Part shown: positions 35,001 through 43,199 of the stretch, in pieces
Numbering within the stretch: position 1 is the first letter of the stretch
How the letters are laid out: every line of letters begins with the position of its first letter
DNA from: Macrostomum lignano
Lineage: Eukaryota
NCBI GenBank assembly: GCA_002269645.1
Contig: NIVC01004084.1
Coordinates: 1 to 43,199, forward strand
Length of the DNA stretch: 43,199 nt
Reading direction: 5' to 3'
Program-made: the position numbers and the translations under genes
The notes under the pieces: model-generated
The model's database searches: none
Told to the model about the DNA's origin: nothing
What the model saw: the letters and a program-made list of their open reading frames with translations, nothing else

Positions 35001-37115
35001 GACAGAATAATTATAGTTCGAACAACCGCATTGCTGCCAATGATAGTGTAAGTAGTACTTACGGAAACACTTTTCACGTCTGTTGCTTCTTGGTACAGCT
35101 GGAAATGGGGTTTTAAGTGTTTTTCTATTGAGGAATATTGATTATTAAGAATAGCAGAAAAACGAAAGCAAAACCGAGTAAGAAATTTAAAAAACGTCCT
35201 AACAACACTTAAGCCAGACCAAAGCAACGCCAAAGAAGCATTGTCGCAGCAAGGCCGTAGCAACACTCTAGCAACGGCTTAGTAACGGCGTAGCAACATT
35301 TTAGCAACGGCTTAGTAACGGCGTAGCAACGCCATAACATCGTAGCAACACCACAGCAACACCATAGCAACACCATAGCAACCCCATAGCAACACCATAG
35401 CAACCCTATAGCAACTAACCGGCTCTTCGGGCTCCTCCGCGTTGATCTCGCTCATAGACTCGAGCTCAATCTCAGGAAAATCCTCCGCCACCTGCTCCAC
35501 AGCGGCCGCGGTTTTCTCCTCGGTGTTTTCCCGCTGTGCCGCCTCATCAGCAGGGGATTCGTCCGCCTCCCCAGCCTCCCTGTCGGCTTCATCAACCTCG
35601 ACCTCGGCGTCCTCGCCAACCTCCGACGGTTCGACATCCGACTCCAGGTCGCTCTGATCTTCGGCAAAATATTTTCCCAGATGTTCGACGCCCATTGCGG
35701 CGCGTTTTTTGAAATCGTGCATCCGGAACTTCCAGCGCCGGCCGTGGCCGCGGGCCATCTGCACGCGGGCGAACAGCTTCTCCCAGTTCATGATGCGCCG
35801 CTCCCGGCCTGCGCGCTTCACCTCCGCGTCCTGCGTAGTCAGACGTCGAAGCGCGATCTCCAGCTGGCTTTTCTTGCGCGCGTAATCCTCGTGCATCTTC
35901 TGCAGGGCGGCCTTCTTCTCCTCCCAGGGCGAGGAGTACACCCGGACCAGGCGGAGCAGCTCCCACAGGGGGAACTGCAGGTCCGAGTAGCTGGCGGAGC
36001 GGTGGGCGGGTGGGGTAGGTTGATTAGTAGGTAAGAAGTTACTTTTAGGGGGTTGAGTGCACTCTGGCGAACTTTAAGCGACATTGTCACACAACCGGCG
36101 AGAGGCATTACTGCCGAATCCCCTGAACAGGCACACAAGCGCGCGGATACGTACGCAGTCATACGCACAGGCACACACTCACACAAGATTGTACAGTCAT
36201 AGTCCTGATTTTATTTATAGTTAGGCATGTACACTTCACTGTGCCTTGGAGGGTTGGCCCTCAAGCTGGGCGTTAATTGCGTGAGCAGAGCCAAGCCGAG
36301 ATTGCAATTTAGCCTCAAATTAATGTGACTGCACTTGGAATCGAGCCTGGGACGCTGGCACATCAGAGAGTCATGCTAGACCCCCCGTTAGGTAAGAAGT
36401 TATCTTGTTAGATAGGTAGTTAATATGGTAGATAAAAAGGTAGAAAAGCAGATTGTCTTCAGGGAAAACAGGTGGTGGATAAAACTCTCACTCACTCACC
36501 TTCGAAACAGTTTCCCGGAAATGAGCGACAGCTGCAGCAGCAGGTTCGGTGGCAGCAGCTGCTGCATCAGCTCGTCTTTAAAGTACAAAAACTGAAATGC
36601 GTCAACAAGATCGATTACATAAGTGATTGATGATAAAAAAGGGTGATAGTTCTTGCTTTCCTGAACTCAGCGGCGTAAATTTTCGCGCAAAATAGGCCTT
36701 CAAAAAACTTTCTAAGAAACAAACTTTCCCATGCTTCTACTTAAAGTAGAGTTAAAAGTACATGAGGGCATGGCTGCACAGGAGGCCGTAGCCAAGTGGT
36801 CCAGCGCGGCTTTGGAAGAGGGCACGACTGCTCTGAACAGGGAGGAGTTCGTGGCTCACATTGTCCATGTCGGCCTGCAGCAGGGCGAGCGAACCAACCA
36901 CGCCGTCCACCAGGGTGACGAACTGCCGGTAGACCTCGGGATCGTCCTCCAGTTCCTGCTCCTCGTATTCGATCTGAAAAAAAATTAATTTGCGCAAACT
37001 GAGAAATCTACGCAAGCTCGAGGTTGAAATGAAAATTGGCGTTGTGAAATCTCAGCTTTACCTCAGCATTCGCCTCGTCATTAAAAGTGACTTGTTGTGT
37101 CTGGTTAGATGACAT
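29072..37115 (-). CDS. Uncharacterised ~827-aa protein (coiled-coils, acidic linker, possible C2-like region), 11 exons
   Basis: Exons 37115-37062, 36973-36860, 36591-36500, 35990-35420, 34990-34745, 34459-34063, 33010-32883, 32669-32590, 32347-32149, 31702-31223, 29194-29072. All GT-AG, phases consistent, total 2484 bp, ATG to TAA. AATAAA ~30 nt after the stop. Confidence 0.82.
29345..31130. repeat. 19-bp satellite (GGGATCAGATTGTCGATTT), ~1.8 kb, in the last intron of the uncharacterised gene
   Basis: About 90 copies, seen directly. Confidence 0.97.
31770..32068. repeat. 12-bp minisatellite (GTCAGGCATGTC), intronic
   Basis: About 25 copies, seen directly. Confidence 0.96.
33246..33360 (+). 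mobile_element. Second copy of the tRNA-derived SINE
   Basis: GTTGCAGCCTAGTGGTTCAGAGCGTCGGACTCACCGACTGAAAGGTCGGGGGTTCGATTC...CCTTGAGCAAGGCA closely matches the reverse complement of 23900-24063. Confidence 0.82.
33935..35416. repeat. CCATAGCAAC-based repeats in three consecutive introns (33935-34060, 34520-34722, 35230-35416)
   Basis: 14 exact CCATAGCAAC copies counted, plus variants. Confidence 0.9.
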
Positions 37116-37599
37116 TGCGACCCGGGTCAGATGGACTTCAGTGCGCCGCCGCCGTTGACATGCATTATTTTGTTTAAGATTGTGTTATCAAGTTTATTCA
37201 GTGTAAACTTTCTCTATCTACCAAATGATCAAGGCCAAAAAATATTGTTTGAAAGAATACACATCTTAACAATTGTGTTTTTTATCAACAAGCAGCGTGT
37301 GCACAGGTGAATGAGACAATGGTCTTACTTTAAAGCTACAGGCAAAGTTGATAATATTATTTATAAAAATAGCAAGGAATAGGTAGGGCAGAGCTCGAAC
37401 ATAAGCGCCAGGGTAAAAGGCCGACTCGGGTTTCGTGTTTTCTGTTTCAGAAGCAAATTTTTAGGCAATTCATAACTGGACGGACAGTGGGATAAAATAA
37501 AGCTGAGATAAAGTTGACTGCTGATCTGGTCAATTTTAATGTGTCTGCCATGTAATCTTGGACTCCTGATGGTAGAGTGACATAGTAGAGAGTGACTCA

Positions 37600-38190
37600 G
37601 ATAGAGAGGAGAGTGACACAGAGGAGAGTGACACAGAGAGAAGAGTGAAACAGAGAGGAGAGTGACACACAGAGGAGAGTGACACACAGAGGAGAGTGAC
37701 ACACAGAGGAGAGTGACACACAGAGGAGAGTGACACAGAGAGGAGAGTGACACAGAGAGGAGAGTGACACAGAAGCAAAGAGGAGAGTGAAACAAAATCA
37801 AAGACGAGAGTGACACAGGCAAATAGAGAGTGACACAGTGACAGAGAGGAGAGTGAGACAGACACAGAGAGGATAGTGACACAGACACAGAGAGGAGAGT
37901 GACACAGACACAGAGAGGAGAGTGACACAGAGACAAAGAGAAGAGTGACACAGACACAGAGAGGAGAGTGACACAGACAGAGAGGAGAGTGACACAGACA
38001 GAGAGGAGAGTGACACAGACAGAGAGGAGAGTGACACAGAGAGAAGAGTGACACAGAGAGGAGAGTGACACAGAGAGGAGAGTGACACAGAGAGGAGAGT
38101 GACACAGAGAGGAGACTGACACAGACAGAGAGGAGACTGACACAGACAGAGAGGAGAGTGACGCAGAGACAAAGTGAAGAGTGCCTCAGA
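37600..38190. repeat. Degenerate GAGGAGAGTGACACA(CA/GA) minisatellite
   Basis: Seen directly; lies between the LRRC9-like stop and the next gene's start. Confidence 0.92.
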
Positions 38191-38782
38191 CACAGAGTGA
38201 CAGTAAGACGTATAATTTAGGGAAAATGAACCAGTGCACCCACTTTATAAACGACACCCATAAAAATGGCCAGATTAGCATATTACTTTCCATCTTAACG
38301 AAATTAGGCGTGAAAAAAACTAATCGCATCAAAAGGTACAGCAAGAACTACTAAAAGTACAAAATCGCATCTAGGATTGACACGGGACGGCACTGGAACG
38401 CGCAACTCGACAACAACAGAGATGGACGAGACAAGTGAAAGATGTTTGAACTTTGAGCAGCTGGTGATTAAACGGAAAATGTCAATTAATCTGTTACAAC
38501 AATTGGGATAAAAATCCATATACTAATCTCTAGGATCACGTGCTAAAGAAGGCTTTGCGAGCATTTTATAGTGTAGAAAAATTGAAGAACACGCCGTACT
38601 TTTTGGCGCCTTTAAAGGTGCTACTTTTTTACTGTCTAAATTTGAAAAACTTTCCCATATTACTGAAAGTAGGAGAGAACGGGAAATGCATTAGAAAGCT
38701 GAGAGAAACAGTCAACAAAAAAGCGGTTTGAAACATGTCAACCAAACTCGTAGGAAAATAATTTCTGCGAGAGAGCAGTCGG

Positions 38783-41700
38783 TCATTTTTTTCGAAACAT
38801 CGGCAGCTGCGCCTGTGGAGTCTGCGCGATGCCACCGCTGCTGCCGCCCTTGTAGCCGCTGCCGCCGCCGCCAGACTGACGCTGCGACACCAGCTGGTTC
38901 AGCGTGTACGGCTCCGGCATGCCGCCGATGTTGACGTTGGTGAGTCGCAAAGGTCTGCCCTGCTGCTGCTGCTGCTGTTGCTGCTGTTGTTGCATCATCT
39001 GCTGCTGCTGCTGATGATCGGACATCAGAGCGGCTGACATCGACGGCTGCGCCTGCATTTGCTGCATCTGCTGCAGGTCGGCAAAGTACATATCGGCTTT
39101 GTCGCGCTCCTCCGGCGTCACAGGAATGCCGTCCAGGCTGTGCAGGTGCCGCAGCCGGTGCACGCAGATGGGCCGGTGGAGCAGCCGTCTGGCCAGCGGG
39201 TTGCCAAGCAGGGTGAGGCTCTGCAGCCGGGTGAGGCTGTGCAGCCGGTCCAGTTCTGCGAGTTCGGCAAGCTTGTTGGCGCTGATGTACAGAGTGTGCA
39301 GGTAGGGGCAGTGGTCCGGTATGCCGCCAAGGTCTTTCAGTCGGTTCTCCTCGACGTGCAACTCCTGATAGAAGTAAAGTTGCACTGTTTGGTAGTATTT
39401 TGATTGAAGTTATCCTTGGCAAATTAATTTTGTAACCAACTCTCACAGGGTTGACTACGTTCCTAACCTCATCGCTACGACAGGTCAAATTTACGAGCAA
39501 GAAATCCGATTTTAAGGCTTCATGAAAGGTTGCACTCCAAATTACAATGCGACCAAATTGAGTTACGTGTGGAGAGCCATAAAAGTTCTCCATCGGTAAT
39601 CAGCAGGAATACAAGCGGTTATGCCTAATCCAGGGTGAACATCGGTCCTTAATTTCTCATTGTCAGGCAATGCACATAAACCGTAATTTCACTGCTCACG
39701 GAATTGAACCCAGGTACTTTAGACGGATAAGTTTCGTCTGAGCTGCTCTGTCACTGACAACTTCAATACGTTTTTAACTCTACACAATGTAACTTCAAAG
39801 AATATCAGCAGTAGTGGCAAGAATAATCGGTCAAGATCGGTGCGCACAGTCTGCTCTCACCTGCACGTAGGGACACCCGCTCAGGTTAATTGTTCTCAGC
39901 TTGTTCCGATCCAGCACGAGCTCCCGCAGTTGACCTGACTGCAATCCGTCCGTCGTTTGCAGCTCGTTGCCCTGCATAAACAGAGTGCGCAGCGACGGCA
40001 GCCGGTGCAGCTGTAACGACGCGGCGTCCTTGATCCCATTGTAGGCGAGGTGCAGCACCTCCAGCGTGGGCAGAAGGCTGCCAGTGCCCGAGGCCAGAGA
40101 CTCGATGTGGTTGTGGTTCAGGCAGAGAACGCGAAGAGACGGCAAGCTGGCGATTCCGTTGAGCGTCGTCAACGAGTTGGACTCGAGATTGACGCTGCGC
40201 AGGTTGATGAAGCGATCGTGGAGGTTGAGCTCAATAGTCCGCAGGTTGCTGCGGACATGTCCAGCTCTTTGAGATCGTAGAATCGGTCGTGACCGAACTT
40301 TTCAATCAGCAGGTCAGTCGTCAGCTTGCCGCCCAGCAGTTGAACGGCGCTCTGAACCTCGTCCTGCTCAACTGGGACGCCGTCGAGTGAGCACAGCGAT
40401 CGCAGGTGGTAGATGACAGTCGTCCGATAGTTGTGCGAGTTGGACGCGATGGGGTTCTCGCCGAGATCGAGAATCAGGAGCGACTGCAAAGATTTGAGGT
40501 AGAAGAGCTCGCGAGTGTCCTGGATGCGGTTCAGGCCGATGAAGAGCTGGGCCAGGCTGCTGTGCTTGTCAATGCCGGCCAGGCTGGACACGTGGTTGTT
40601 CAACAGGTTGAGGCTGGTCAGGTTGGCGCCAGCAGCCCCGTGCCAATCTGTTCGATGCAGTTATGCGCCAAGTTCAGGTGGCGCAGGGCCGGATATGTGC
40701 CTGTAGGCATTGTGCCAATCAGATTGTGCGTTGCCAGCAGTTCCTCCAGCTGCGAGCAGGAGTCAAGGCCTTCAATGCGGGACACGTGATTGTAGTTGAT
40801 TGACAGCCAGCGCAGGTTGAAGCAGCGCTCCAGACCGGTTATTCGAGTCAGGTTGAGTCCGTCCAGGTTGAGCATGCTCACCTGGGCGAACAGCTCAGGC
40901 GGCTGCACTGGCAAGAATTGGGTCGGCGACTCCAAACTGATGTATTTGGGCGTGCCGGTCACGTGAGCAGCGTAGCTGAGAAGGTTGAACCGGCCTGGCA
41001 TTGAGGCTGTGACTTCCTCCTCTGTGACCGGCTGGCCATCCAGTACCTGCACAATTTGTGAAATGAGACTATTGTGTTAGGATATGAGCAAGGCAACGCA
41101 AATTTGCATAATAGGCATATCTGGTCTTCTTTACTATCTGTGCTGAGACCCTGACTAAGATAAAATATTTAAATTGCATTCGAGCAAACACTAAGGCACG
41201 GGGTTGACTGAGATTTTTGCGTGGACCCAAGTCCCCTTTTATAAATGTTTTTATGCCTGAAATTCAAGTCTGATGACGCATAGAACTCCATGTAAACAAA
41301 CCTTCAGCTCCTTCAGCTTATTGATGACGATGACTCTGTAAGCCACCTTGTACCGATGCCAGGGATTTCCCTCCAGACTGAGGCCAGTCAGCATTGCCGT
41401 GTGCTTCCGCATGTGGCTGAGCTCGTTTCTCAGGCAGGTGAGTCGATTAAACGCCAGCCGGAGACTTCTGAGCTTCCCGACGTGCTTGAGACCGTCGATG
41501 GAGACGATTCGGTTCCAGGACACGTCGATCTCTTCAACTGGTAGTCCGGCCAGGTCCTCCAGACCGGTGAGCAGATTTGAACGGGCGTTCAGCGTCCGCA
41601 GAGAGTGCAGCGAGTCGAGGCCTCGGAGCCGGGTGAGGCCGAGCGCCTCGATCTGCAGCTCGGCCAGGTTCTCGTAGGGTGCCGTCACTGGCGGCGCGGG

Positions 41701-42784
41701 CTCGAGTCAGGCGTGGGCGCAGCCGGGCCACCGCCGCACACGACCTGGTGAAACGGATTGCTGGTCCGCCTGCCCGAGTACTCCAGCTCCACCAGGAACT
41801 CCGGAACAAGGCAGGCGTTGTCTAGAAAGTACAGGTGCACTGGCGGCCGAGGCATTCGCACGAGTAGCCTTCGCTGGTGGAGTCGGCCATGCGGAACACG
41901 GCGGTCAGTTGTCGCTTCGGCTCTTCATCGCCTGACTCCTGCGACAGTTGCTCGCCTCCGTTTGCAGCCGCAATGATCGTCTCGACCTCCTCCAGTGATG
42001 CGACCGCCTGCACCGACTTGCCGATGTAGGCCTTCACCAGCAGCAGCCGCGACCGGCCGACGCCAGTTTCCTTTGCGCAGTCGCAAAGTGTCGCCCCATC
42101 GGCGATGTTGACGCTGTTGGACAGCACCGGCCGGCCGGCTGGTGACGCCGCGCTCTAGGCAGTCCAGCAGACTGTCGTTGTCGCCTTCGGCCAACGGTAG
42201 AACAGATAGTCCTGGTACTTCTTTGCCACCATGTCCAGAGAGCAGTAGGTGCTCCGGGCAAGGGTTTGCAGACGCGGCAGACACGCCTCCTGGTACCTGG
42301 ATGGCGGTGTGGTTGATAAGGACTGACTGACTGACTAACTGACTGACTGACTGACTGACTGACTGACTGACTGACTTTCTCACTGACTTTCTCACTGACT
42401 GACTGACTGACTGACTGTCTCACTGACTGACTGACTGACTGACTGACTGTCTCACTCACGACTGACTGTCTCACCTGGCCGCCAGCACTGGCAGGTGCAA
42501 TCGGTGCACTTTGTCCACCTTGCAGGCGGTGACGCCGCTCTGCCGATGCTGTGACGAGCAGAACCTCGAGCTGACAATGTCGGCCACCAGTTTGTGCCAG
42601 TCTTGCCCGGTGCCCAGCTCGCAGCGAACGCTGCCGCGCTCTCCAACTCCATGTTGAGCAGGTTCCAGGCCAGCTCTCTGTCCATTTCGATCTTCTTCAA
42701 TGCCTCGGTGAAGAAGCCACGCGTTGTGGCCAGGCGGCCTCCAGCTGGCTGAAGTTTCCTGCTCCAGTTTCGACGAGGCGAGCC
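38783..42784 (-). CDS. LRRC9: LRRC9-like leucine-rich-repeat protein, 3' part (5' end outside the window); many 1-bp frameshifts
   Basis: Exons ~42784-42475, 42296-41302, 41046-39861, 39364-38783. Motifs: LNMELES(GG)SVRCELG...DIVSSRF, YLFYRW, CECLGRQCT(W)YFLDN.CLVPEFLVELEY, multiple LRR blocks with LRRcap (YRTTVIYHLRSLCSLDGVPV; LHSLDGIPVTPEER), and LGGKLTTDLLIEK. The family call comes from recalled motif order. Confidence 0.72.
42320..42470. repeat. (GACT)n microsatellite filling a 178-bp LRRC9 intron
   Basis: Seen directly. Confidence 0.95.
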
Positions 42785-42817
42785 TGTTGAAGAAATGGTC
42801 GGTTAAATTTAGGTATC

Positions 42818-43199
42818 TCAGATCCTTGGTCCCAGATCCTTGTCCAGATCCTTGGTCCCAGATCCTTGGTCCCAGATCCTTGGTCCCAGATCCTTGGTCC
42901 CAGATCCTTGGTCCCAGATCCTTGGTCCCAGATCCTTGATCCCAGATCCTAAATCCCAGATCCTAGATCCCAGATCCCAGATCCTAGACTCACAGATCTT
43001 AGATCCCAGATCCTTGATCCCAGATACTTGATCCAGATCCTTGATCCCAGATCCTTGATCCCAGATCCTTGATCCCAGATCCTTGATCCCAGATCCTTGA
43101 TCCCAGATCCTTGATCCCAGATCCTTGATCCAGATCCTTGATCCCAGATCCTTGATCCAGATCCTTGATCCCAATCATTGATCCCCAGATCCTTGATCC
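42818..43199. repeat. 14-bp minisatellite (GATCCTTGGTCCCA / GATCCTTGATCCCA), intronic, runs off the window
   Basis: Seen directly. Confidence 0.95.

Noticed and set aside
38304-38519. Short minus-strand ORF between LRRC9 and the unknown gene
   Set aside because: No recognisable domain, AT-rich, no convincing splice partners; probably UTR or intergenic.
13432-43199. CRISPR-like appearance of regular repeats
   Set aside because: Units are head-to-tail with no unique spacers, there are no cas genes, and the context is eukaryotic.

Overview
Eukaryotic (animal) genomic DNA: GT-AG spliced genes with GC-rich exons and introns filled by minisatellites. The style suggests a flatworm such as Macrostomum, which is an inference only. 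Bases 1-10.6 kb are a cluster of non-LTR retrotransposons: an RTE-like 3' fragment, a 5'-truncated I/Ingi-like LINE with RNase H, and a full-length but decayed LOA/Lian-like LINE bounded by a 13-bp TSD. That LINE's first nucleotide coincides with the predicted cleavage site of an HDV/CPEB3-like ribozyme fold. Bases 11.0-16.2 kb hold DBT (BCKDH E2, + strand); its probable first intron carries a 680-bp TIR element with a 9-bp TSD and a captured 28S rDNA segment (the H69-H71/R2 target region). From 19.9 kb to the window end lie four co-oriented minus-strand genes: an MPP2/6-like MAGUK, SAMD15-like, an uncharacterised 11-exon ~827-aa protein, and LRRC9-like (with many 1-bp frameshifts). Most long ORFs over the repeat arrays are artefacts. 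All gene models and RNA folds were derived by eye and need computational confirmation.
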